A stretch of 64,000 bases of DNA from an uncultured Acidobacteriota bacterium (GTDB taxonomy: Bacteria; Acidobacteriota; Thermoanaerobaculia; Thermoanaerobaculales; Sulfomarinibacteraceae). Positions 51,095 through 61,346 of the stretch are shown one piece after another. The position numbers and the translations under genes were made by a program. The notes beneath the pieces were generated by a model that did not search any database, was not told the DNA's origin, and worked only from the letters and a program-made list of their open reading frames with translations. The stretch spans positions 155,599 through 219,598 of the forward strand of contig CAWJPW010000009.1 in assembly GCA_963844845.1 (NCBI GenBank), read 5' to 3'. Every line of letters begins with the position of its first letter. Position 1 is the first letter of the stretch.

Positions 51095-51505
51095 ATGGTG
51101 ACCAAGAAGGCCAAGGAGATGCAGAGCGACATGGTGGAATCCGCCCACAAGGTCTGGCTGGCGGGCCTCGGAGCCCTTGCCGTGGCCGAGCAGGAGGGCA
51201 GCAAGGTGTTCAAGAACCTGGTCGAGAAGGGCCAGGGCGTGGAGTCCAAGGGCAAGGAGCAGGTCGACAAGGCGAAGGGCGCCGTCACCGGCATGCGTAC
51301 CGTGGTGGAGAGCTACTGGGAGACGCTCGAGAAGACCGTCGACGAGAAGGTAACGGGCGCCATCCGTCGTCTCGGCGTCCCCACCAAGGACGAGATCGCG
51401 AAGCTCACGAAGAAGGTCGAGGAGCTCACCGCCAGCATCGACAAGCTGCGCAAGAAGGACTCCCCGCCCAAGCAAACCGGATCCAAGTCTGCCCCGACCA
51501 CCTGA
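51095..51505 (+). CDS. Phasin (PhaF/PhaI family)
   Basis: ESAHKVWLAGLGA, KVFKNLVEKG, RLGVPTKDEI..L.KKVEEL; GGAGG RBS. Confidence 0.9.
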   Translation: MVTKKAKEMQSDMVESAHKVWLAGLGALAVAEQEGSKVFKNLVEKGQGVESKGKEQVDKAKGAVTGMRTVVESYWETLEKTVDEKVTGAIRRLGVPTKDEIAKLTKKVEELTASIDKLRKKDSPPKQTGSKSAPTT

Positions 51506-51561
51506 CGTCGGGACCCTTCCCGAGCTCTGAGCGCCGTCGCGAGGCGGCGCTTGCCGTTGGG

Positions 51562-53241
51562 CTAACGCTCGCCCCGCCGCAAGGGCAGCAGGAGCCCGAG
51601 CGCGATGAGGCCGGTCCATACCGGCCACGGCACATGGACAGCCGCGAGCATCGCGCCGCTCACCAGACAGAAGCCTCCGTAGAGGGTGGCGCGCAGGCCC
51701 GTGAACGGGCTTTCCGGAGGCCTCCTGGTATGTTGCTCCAGCAGCCGGAGGCCTTCCGTCACGAGCGCGGGCACCCGCACGACGGCCTCGAGGATGTCCG
51801 GCGCGCCCCGCATCACCTCCCGCGACAGACGTAGGGGGCTGAACATCTGCCGAAACACCCGTCTCACATGGCGCTCGGACGCCTCGGCGACGTTGAAGTC
51901 GGAGTCGAGCAGGAAGCCCAATGCCTCGTAGGTCACCAACGCCTTCACCGTCATCACCAGCTCGACGGGAAAGTACATGTGGTAATGGCCCCCCCGCCGC
52001 ACCGACTCCAGCAGGAGCTGCGCTAAGGAGTACTCCTCCAGTCGCCTGGCACGACGCCAGCGGCGGCTGATCTCCTCCACCTCACGACGGAATCCGGCGG
52101 GGTCGCAGCCCGGCGCCTGGTCCGCCAGAGCCGTGAGGTAGCGAGCGGCCCCCTCGAAGTCTTCGATCACCACACAGTAGTAGTAGTACAGCAGTGACCG
52201 CCGGAGCTCGCGGTCGAGACGACCCACCATCCCAAGGTCGATGAAGCCCAGGCGAGGCCCGGGCAGCACCAGAAGGTTGGCAGGGTGGAGGTCGGCGTGG
52301 AAGAAGCCGTCCTGATAGAGCATGCGGATGACCGCCGACGCGCCCGCGTCGATGAGGCGGGCGCGATCCTCGGCAGACAGCGCCAGGGCCTCGGGCGTGT
52401 CCGGCCGGAAGCCCTCCAGGTACTCCATGCAGAGCACGTCACGTCCCGACAGCGTCCGCTCGATGCCGGGGAACACGACCTCCGGAAGATCGCGGAAGTT
52501 GGCGGCGAAGGTCTCGGCGTTCTCCGCCTCGCGCGTCATCTCGACCTCGTGCAGCGTGTACTGGAGGAACTCCGCCACCAGTCGACGCGGGTGGTAGCGG
52601 GGCAGCAGCAGCTGCAGCGTCGCACCGACCCCGCGCAGCAGCCTGGCGTCGCGGTGCAGCACGTGACGGATCCCCGGCTTGACCACCTTGAGGATCACCG
52701 CCTCTCCGCTGTGTGTGGTGGCACGGTGGGTCTGGGCGATGGATGCGGAGGCCAGCGGCGCCGGGTCAACCCACGCAAAGAGCTCGTCGAGGGGCCGACC
52801 GAGATCGCGCTCGACGATCTCCTGGATGGCTTCGAACGGTACCGGCGGCAGCCGGTCGAGCAGGTTACGAAGCTCCGAGGTCACCGTTTCCGGTAGGAGA
52901 TCGCGGCGCAGGCTGAGTAGCTGTCCCAGCTTCACGAAGGTCGGACCGAGCAGCTCGAGCCGCCGGCGCAGCTGCACGGGAAACGGCTGCCGTACGAGCT
53001 CGCGGCTGACGAACAGGTACAAGGGCAGGCTTGCCAGCATCCACGCTGCGCCTCCGAGGGCGGTTCGCCGCTCCCGGCGCCGCCGCCTCGCCTCGGCCAC
53101 GAAAGCCCCCGCCAGTAGCCCGAAGACATGGCGCTGGATCTCCGCGAAGCGCCGCACGAGCCCTCGCTGACGCCACCGCGGCCGCCCACGTGGCGCGCCC
53201 CCTCTTCCCGCGCGGACCCCGTCGGCCCCCCCGCCGGTCAC
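51562..53241 (-). CDS. ABC1/AarF/UbiB family atypical kinase
   Basis: LGPTFVKLGQ, ASASIAQ, KVVKP, FFHADLHPAN, IDLGMVG; two C-terminal TM helices; start uncertain. Confidence 0.88.
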   Translation of the reverse strand: MTGGGADGVRAGRGGAPRGRPRWRQRGLVRRFAEIQRHVFGLLAGAFVAEARRRRRERRTALGGAAWMLASLPLYLFVSRELVRQPFPVQLRRRLELLGPTFVKLGQLLSLRRDLLPETVTSELRNLLDRLPPVPFEAIQEIVERDLGRPLDELFAWVDPAPLASASIAQTHRATTHSGEAVILKVVKPGIRHVLHRDARLLRGVGATLQLLLPRYHPRRLVAEFLQYTLHEVEMTREAENAETFAANFRDLPEVVFPGIERTLSGRDVLCMEYLEGFRPDTPEALALSAEDRARLIDAGASAVIRMLYQDGFFHADLHPANLLVLPGPRLGFIDLGMVGRLDRELRRSLLYYYYCVVIEDFEGAARYLTALADQAPGCDPAGFRREVEEISRRWRRARRLEEYSLAQLLLESVRRGGHYHMYFPVELVMTVKALVTYEALGFLLDSDFNVAEASERHVRRVFRQMFSPLRLSREVMRGAPDILEAVVRVPALVTEGLRLLEQHTRRPPESPFTGLRATLYGGFCLVSGAMLAAVHVPWPVWTGLIALGLLLPLRRGER

Positions 53242-53281
53242 GGCGCACCCCCGAGCCGCCGCTCGCTCATGGCGAGGCTCC

Positions 53282-54826
53282 TCAGCGGTTGCGCCCGTAC
53301 TTCTCGTGGCTGGAGACCCAGTCAAGCGAGGAGATGGCGGCGCCCAGCGAGATCTCACCGGCCAGCGCCACCGCCGCGACGATCTCGGCCAGCTTCCGGA
53401 CCTTGGCCTTACCGACACACCCAAGAAGCTCGAGGCATTCGCGCTGGGTCGCGAGGCCCGTTCCGCCGCCGTACGTGGCCACGATCAGGGACGGAATCGT
53501 GATCGAGAGGTAGAGGTCACGGTCCGGCGTGAGCTCGGAGTAGAGGATCCCGGAGGAGGACTCGGCCACGTTTGCCACATCCTGTCCGGTGGCGATGAAC
53601 ATGGCAGTGATTCCGTTGGGCGAGTGGCAGCCGTTGTTGTTGGCGCCCGAGAGGAACGCGCCCACGTTGGCAATAGAGGAGTGATACTGGAGGCTCTCCG
53701 GCTCCACCCGCATGTTCTCGATCAGCACCTCGCGGGGAATCACTACCTCCGCGGTGACCCGCTTGCCGCGCGTACGCATAACGTTGATCTGAGAGTGCTT
53801 CTTGTCGGTGGCCAGATTCGACTCCAGGTAGAACGACCGCACCGTGTCCACCTGGTCGAGGATCCAGCTGCAGGCGGCGAATGTCGCCCGCCCGACCATG
53901 TTCTGACCGGCGGCGTCACCGGTGGAGAAGTTGAAGCGCAGGAAAGCGATCTTGCTCGCCAGGTAGGTGTCGACATAGAGCAGCTTCGCGACCTTGGAGG
54001 TGGCCTCCGCCGCCTGCCGGATCTCCTCGAGGTGCTCGTCGACCCAGTCGCGGAAGCCGCGCGCTTCCCGCGCCGACTCGAACACGAACACGGGCGCCCG
54101 CTGCATCTTGTCGTCCTGCACGGTCGTGATGGCGCCGCCGGCGAGATTGATGACCTTCATCCCCCGGTTGTAGGACGCCACCAGCGTGCCCTCCGTGGTG
54201 GCGAGCGGGATGAGGTACTCCCCCTGAGCGAACTCACCGTTGACGCGCAGCGGGCCGGCGAGGCCGATGGGGACCTGAGCGACGCCGCTGAAGTTCTCGA
54301 TGTTGCCACCAGTCATGGTGGGATCGAAGGAGTACGACTTGACGTGGTGGAGCGTCGCTCCGGTGAAGCTCTCGGCGAACTGCTGGCGGCGCGCAATGAT
54401 CTCGGGCGAGGTGTTGTCTTCCTTGTCGTAGGGCACCGAGGTCGCCGCCTGTGTGACGTCCCGGATCGAGTCCTTGACCGTAAACCTCAGCTTGCCGAAA
54501 GGGGTCGTGTCGAAGACCAGCTCGAGCTCATGCTTGCCCTTGCCGAGCTCCCCCCCCTCCCACACCATGGTGACGACCTTGGCGAGGGGAAACGGCAAGG
54601 GAGCTGCGGTCGAGATGTCCCTCGGGCGCACCGTAGCGTCATCGTCGAGATCGACTCGGAGCCGCTCGAGCGGCACCGAAGCGCCATCCACGCTCACCTC
54701 CCGGATCCCCACCACGCGGGCATCGCTGAGACGGTTCTTGAGGCTGAAGTGAACGCCTTCCCCATCGCTACGGAGACTCCCCAGAGTATAGAGCTGCTTC
54801 AGGATCAGTGACGGAATTCTCACCAC
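53282..54826 (-). CDS. Class I HMG-CoA reductase with extra N-terminal domain
   Basis: ENFSG, TTEGTLVAS, GDAAGQNM, SNLATDKK, TGQD.A, GGGT, GEISL, SHEKYGR; about 120 aa N-terminal extension. Confidence 0.88.
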   Translation of the reverse strand: MVRIPSLILKQLYTLGSLRSDGEGVHFSLKNRLSDARVVGIREVSVDGASVPLERLRVDLDDDATVRPRDISTAAPLPFPLAKVVTMVWEGGELGKGKHELELVFDTTPFGKLRFTVKDSIRDVTQAATSVPYDKEDNTSPEIIARRQQFAESFTGATLHHVKSYSFDPTMTGGNIENFSGVAQVPIGLAGPLRVNGEFAQGEYLIPLATTEGTLVASYNRGMKVINLAGGAITTVQDDKMQRAPVFVFESAREARGFRDWVDEHLEEIRQAAEATSKVAKLLYVDTYLASKIAFLRFNFSTGDAAGQNMVGRATFAACSWILDQVDTVRSFYLESNLATDKKHSQINVMRTRGKRVTAEVVIPREVLIENMRVEPESLQYHSSIANVGAFLSGANNNGCHSPNGITAMFIATGQDVANVAESSSGILYSELTPDRDLYLSITIPSLIVATYGGGTGLATQRECLELLGCVGKAKVRKLAEIVAAVALAGEISLGAAISSLDWVSSHEKYGRNR

Positions 54827-54888
54827 GTACTCCCGTCCGGTATCGAGGTTTGGTCTCGAGTCTATCACCGTGCCGGCGCTTCGAGGAG

Positions 54889-55530
54889 CTACCAGCGCAG
54901 CGTCACCCCGACGCTCGCTTCGCCCTGAACGAAGTTGCTGGAGTAACCGAACTCGGCCGCGTTGCTGTGGTTGGACAGCGCGTCGTTGGCCGCGGTCCAG
55001 TAGCCTCTGAGATCGACGCGCAAGCCGACGTGGGGTGACAGGACGTACTTGGCGCCGGTGGCGAGGCTCGCCGAGAAGCGGGTGTCGGCGCTGCCTCCCG
55101 TGACCTGCGGCTCGAGCAGCGTGACCCCTGCGCCGACGCCCACGTAAACCGTGCCGAAACGCCGGAACCAGCTCTGAACGAGACCCAGGTGGAGGTAGGT
55201 CACATCCAGGTCGCCGAGCTCGCGGGAGCCAGTTGAGAGCTCATACCTGCTCTGCAGCGCTCCGCTCTGACGACTGACCCAGAGCTCCATCTGCCGGTCG
55301 GCGCTGACCGGAAGGTCGAGGGCGAGGCCATAGGACGCCGACCCCTCGAGGTCGGCGGTGAACTTGAACGGGAAGACGACGGTGTCGAACCCTTCCACGC
55401 GACCACCGTCGCGGTAACCGCCGAACACGGTGAGCTCCGGCCGGGTGATCCCGTCGCCCGACCCCGGCGCCCACTGCGCCCATGCCAGCGAGGGCGCCAG
55501 CAGCACGAGCACGACCATCAACCTGCGCAT
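54889..55530 (-). CDS. Outer membrane beta-barrel protein
   Basis: Signal peptide, YVGVGAG, GLRVDLRG, C-terminal Trp. Confidence 0.75.
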   Translation of the reverse strand: MRRLMVVLVLLAPSLAWAQWAPGSGDGITRPELTVFGGYRDGGRVEGFDTVVFPFKFTADLEGSASYGLALDLPVSADRQMELWVSRQSGALQSRYELSTGSRELGDLDVTYLHLGLVQSWFRRFGTVYVGVGAGVTLLEPQVTGGSADTRFSASLATGAKYVLSPHVGLRVDLRGYWTAANDALSNHSNAAEFGYSSNFVQGEASVGVTLRW

Positions 55531-55622
55531 TCACCCTCCACTGCCGGCGGCGTGACTGCCGCACGTGAGATGCCTCCGACTATAATCCGCTCGCGCGGCA
55601 CCAGCAACGCCGGAGGAACCGC

Positions 55623-56423
55623 ATGGCGACCGGAGAACTACAGCTTCACCCCCGCTGCATCGGCCTCGCGCTAAGCGGAGGAGCGGTGCGCGGAGCCGCA
55701 CACGTGGGAGTTCTCCAGGTCCTCGAGGAGGCCGGCATCCGCCCCGCAGTCGTGGCGGGCACCAGCGTCGGTTCGTTGGTAGGGGCGGCTTACGCCGCGG
55801 GCCTCTCCGCCGCCGCCATCGGCGACATCTTCCGCACCGTGCGCTGGCCACGGCTTGCCCGCCTTTCCCTGGGCAGTCGGTACAGCCTCTTTGACACCCG
55901 TCCCCTCGGCCGGATCCTCCAGGAGCGCTTCGGCGTCGAGTGCATCGAGGGTCTGGCGCGGCCGTTCGCCGCCATTGCCTGCGACGTCCTCACCGGCGAG
56001 CGGGTCGTGTTCCGCTCGGGCCCCCTCGCCGCCGCCCTGCGGGCCAGCTCCGCGGTTCCCGGCGTCTTCCCCCCGTTGGATCTCGACGGCCGTCTCCTGG
56101 TGGACGGCGCGGTGCTCGACAACCTGCCGGTCGGCGTCGCACGCGACCTCGGAGCCGACTACGTCATCGCAGTGGACCTCGTGCCACCGCCCTCGGGCAA
56201 CCGCCGCCCCCGCAACTTCCTCGAGCTGATAATGACTACAGGCTACCTGTGGAGCCGGGCAAACCACCCCGCACCTGGCCCGGCCGAGTGCCGGGTGGTG
56301 CCGGACGTGGCTGACTTCCTCGGCTGGGACCTTGCCGACGTCGCCGAGCTGGAGACCCGCGGCCGCGCAGCCGCCGAGGAGGCCCTGCCCGGACTGCGGC
56401 GCGACCTCGGCCTCGGCGGCTGA
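55623..56423 (+). CDS. Patatin-like phospholipase/lipase
   Basis: LSGGAVRG, GTSVG nucleophile, ASSAVPG, VDGA; TATAAT at 55581. Confidence 0.92.
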   Translation: MATGELQLHPRCIGLALSGGAVRGAAHVGVLQVLEEAGIRPAVVAGTSVGSLVGAAYAAGLSAAAIGDIFRTVRWPRLARLSLGSRYSLFDTRPLGRILQERFGVECIEGLARPFAAIACDVLTGERVVFRSGPLAAALRASSAVPGVFPPLDLDGRLLVDGAVLDNLPVGVARDLGADYVIAVDLVPPPSGNRRPRNFLELIMTTGYLWSRANHPAPGPAECRVVPDVADFLGWDLADVAELETRGRAAAEEALPGLRRDLGLGG

Positions 56424-56560
56424 CCTCCCGGGGAGGCAGTGTCACAGATCGGGGACAGATGGCGGCCGCACCAGGCGCCCGAGGTGGCGGCCGGGGTTGG
56501 CATCGAGGTTGCGTTGACCACCTGCAGCCCGGCATCGAACCGTCGGGCATGGAGGTACCG

Positions 56561-57274
56561 ATGCGTCAACGCCTGATGGTCTTGCTGCTCATCACCGCCT
56601 GCTCCACCGTAACGGCCCTCCCCGCCAACGCTCAGGGGCGCTGGGGGCCCGGAGCCGACTCCTCCTCACTGCGCTTCCGAGTCGGCCTCTTCGACCCAGC
56701 GGCTGATTCGAGCTACTGGGACGGGAGCCTCCTCGACTTCACCGGCAGCGCCGGCGACTTCCAGGACGTGGCGGTGGGCCTCGACTACGTGTGGCGCTTC
56801 AGCTCCCGCAGCGGCCTGATGCTCACCTTCGACCACTGGGAGGGCGACACCACCCAGGCCTACCGGGACTATGTGGACGGCGGCGGCGGCGACATCCGCC
56901 ACACCACCACGGTGGAGACATCGGGGATCGGGGCGGCCTGGGTGTATCACCTCGTCGACCGGCCGGCCCCGGTGTCACCCTACCTCGGTGTAGGCGGCGG
57001 GCTGGTGTCCTGGCGCCTGGAGGAGGCCGGCCGCTTCATCGACTTCACCACCGCCCAGGGGGAAATCTTCGCCGCCCGCTTCGTCGATGAGGGCACGACC
57101 CTCGCGTGGTACGCCCTCGCCGGCGTCGAGGTGGGCCTCTCCCCCACCTGGTCGCTGCTGGTGGAGGCGCGTTGGCGCAGTGCCGACGACGAGCTCAGCG
57201 GCGACTTCGCCGGCCTCGGCACCCTCGACCTCTCGGGAACGGAGCTCACCTGCGGGGTGTCGCTCAACTTCTGA
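56561..57274 (+). CDS. Outer membrane beta-barrel protein
   Basis: Signal peptide, SPYLGVGGG, EARW, C-terminal Phe; GGAGG RBS. Confidence 0.75.
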   Translation: MRQRLMVLLLITACSTVTALPANAQGRWGPGADSSSLRFRVGLFDPAADSSYWDGSLLDFTGSAGDFQDVAVGLDYVWRFSSRSGLMLTFDHWEGDTTQAYRDYVDGGGGDIRHTTTVETSGIGAAWVYHLVDRPAPVSPYLGVGGGLVSWRLEEAGRFIDFTTAQGEIFAARFVDEGTTLAWYALAGVEVGLSPTWSLLVEARWRSADDELSGDFAGLGTLDLSGTELTCGVSLNF

Positions 57275-58043
57275 AGGTCGTCGCGGCGATCGCGTCGTAG
57301 AGCTCACTCAGCTCTGCGGTGAGCTTGTGCCGGGGGGCCAGGTGTATGAGCGGGCGGTGCACCTCGTGCGACTCCCGCACCTTCACCGACGCCGAGAGGG
57401 GCGGATCGAGGACCGGGAGCCCCGCTTCCCGCAGCTCCTGCACCAGCCGCCTGGGCAGGCGCGCCCGCCCCTGGAACTGGTTGACCACGATCCCCGCCAC
57501 CTCGAGGCGGGGGTTGTGGTCCGCCCGCACCTCGGCGACGCTGTCCAGCAGGCCGTGCAAGGCGCGCCGGGAGAACTCGTCACAGTCGAATGGGATCAGG
57601 CAGCGGTCCCCTGCAATCAGGGCGGACAGGGTGAAGAAGTTCACCGCCGGCGGCGTGTCGAGGTAAATCTCGTCGTACCCATCGAGGGCGTCGAGGGCGT
57701 CCCGCAGTTTGTAGATCTTGTAGCGTGACTCGAGCTTCGGCTGCAGCGCCTCGAGCTCCGCACTCGCGGGGACTACGTCGAGACCCGGGAACGGCGACGG
57801 ATGAACGTAGGCGGCGGCCTCCTCGCGGAACAGCTGGAATCCCAGGGTCTGCTCGAAGAAGGTGCCAAGGGACGGGTGCAGAGTGCCCGCCTCGTCACCG
57901 AGAAGGTAGTGGCTGGCGTTGGCCTGGGGATCGAGATCGACGACGAGAGTCCGCAGGCCACGGCTCGCAGCGATGGCGGCGAGGTTGCACACGAGCGTGG
58001 ACTTACCCACGCCGCCCTTCTGGTTGAAGACAACCCAGCGCAT
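57264..58043 (-). CDS. Orphan ParA family ATPase
   Basis: NQKGGVGKST, DLDPQAN, DTPP, IPFDCD, VRES; no parB in the window. Confidence 0.9.
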   Translation of the reverse strand: MRWVVFNQKGGVGKSTLVCNLAAIAASRGLRTLVVDLDPQANASHYLLGDEAGTLHPSLGTFFEQTLGFQLFREEAAAYVHPSPFPGLDVVPASAELEALQPKLESRYKIYKLRDALDALDGYDEIYLDTPPAVNFFTLSALIAGDRCLIPFDCDEFSRRALHGLLDSVAEVRADHNPRLEVAGIVVNQFQGRARLPRRLVQELREAGLPVLDPPLSASVKVRESHEVHRPLIHLAPRHKLTAELSELYDAIAATTFRS

Positions 58044-58069
58044 GGTGCAACCTCCCGGATGCTGCGGCG

Positions 58070-58098
58070 AGTCTATTCGAATTGCCGCAGTGCGTCAA
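58070..58098 (-). promoter_or_regulatory. parA promoter overlapped by a putative PhaR operator
   Basis: Minus strand TTGACG(58098)-17-TAGACT(58075); box ttgccgcagtgcgtcaa at 58082-58098. Confidence 0.65.
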
Positions 58099-58211
58099 GA
58101 TGCCGCGTCCTCTCAACGCGGGCGACTGCACTCCGCCACGACGGCTCGCACCGGACACTCGCCAGAGACCCACGCTACAATTCGCCCCCCGACGGAGCGC
58201 GCGGAGGTCGC

Positions 58212-60467
<2,256 letters not shown>

Positions 60468-60516
60468 GCCTGCCACGATCCCGGGACGACCGCCGTCCGG
60501 GTGCGCCGCGCTCGCC

Positions 60517-61338
60517 TCAGCGCCCCAGGCTCGGAACCCGATCCGGCTCTCCGAGCAGGAGCGCCGGGTCCACCCTTGCACCGTGCCAGCGCACGCCGAA
60601 GTGGAGGTGGGGCCCGGTGGCACGGCCGCTGGCGCCCACCTCGCCGAGCTTCTCACCACGACGCACCGGTTCGCCTTCCGCCACGACGATTCGTCGCAGG
60701 TGGAAGTACATCGTGACCAGCCCGCCGCCGTGGTCGATGAACACGCTGCGACCGGAGAAGAAGTGCTCGCCGGTCAGCGCCACGGTGCCGTCAGCCGCAG
60801 CGTAGACCGGCGTTCCGGCAGGCGCACGATAGTCGGCGCCGGAGTGGGGGCTGCGCGGCTCGCCGTTGAAGATCCGGCGGGCGCCGAAGCGCCCTCCTGC
60901 GGGTAGCGGCCGCAGCGGTGGAGCGAGCGGCAGACTGAATCGCACCGGACCCTCGGCACGCTCCCACAGCGCCGCCACCTCACGGGTCTCGCGGGCGGCG
61001 CGCGCCTCGTCGTCTGCAGCGAGATGCACCTTGGCGTCCGCAACCTCCAGGCGCTGCTCCGGGTATGGATAGGGGCCGACCTCCAGCTGCGCCCGCTCCT
61101 CGTGCCCGGCCCGAGTCCGCGTCACCACGAGGACGCCGCCAGCACCGAGATCTACCGGGTACCAGCAGGTGTCACCCAGCGCCGGCCACCGACGCTCGCC
61201 CATGGCGCATGAGGTCGTGTCGCCACCACTCCACCTCACCACCGCCCCCGGGCGCACCTCGAGGGTCGCCGCCGGCGCGCCGAGGGCCGCCACCACCAGG
61301 GCGGCCCACATGACGGACGCCCGTGCGCCGACCCTCAC
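60517..61338 (-). CDS. M23 family metallopeptidase
   Basis: HSGAD, YFHL, GRATGPHLHF; start GTG 61338 or ATG 61311. Confidence 0.88.
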   Translation of the reverse strand: MRVGARASVMWAALVVAALGAPAATLEVRPGAVVRWSGGDTTSCAMGERRWPALGDTCWYPVDLGAGGVLVVTRTRAGHEERAQLEVGPYPYPEQRLEVADAKVHLAADDEARAARETREVAALWERAEGPVRFSLPLAPPLRPLPAGGRFGARRIFNGEPRSPHSGADYRAPAGTPVYAAADGTVALTGEHFFSGRSVFIDHGGGLVTMYFHLRRIVVAEGEPVRRGEKLGEVGASGRATGPHLHFGVRWHGARVDPALLLGEPDRVPSLGR

Positions 61339-61346
61339 GCGGCGCC

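Noticed and set aside
47527-51505. Classical PHA biosynthesis operon
   Set aside because: No PhaC, PhaA, PhaB or PhaZ in the window; the adjacent synthase is WS/DGAT. A phaC elsewhere in the genome cannot be excluded.
57264-58043. Plasmid or prophage partition locus
   Set aside because: No parB, rep, integrase or compositional shift; flanked by chromosomal genes such as tex.
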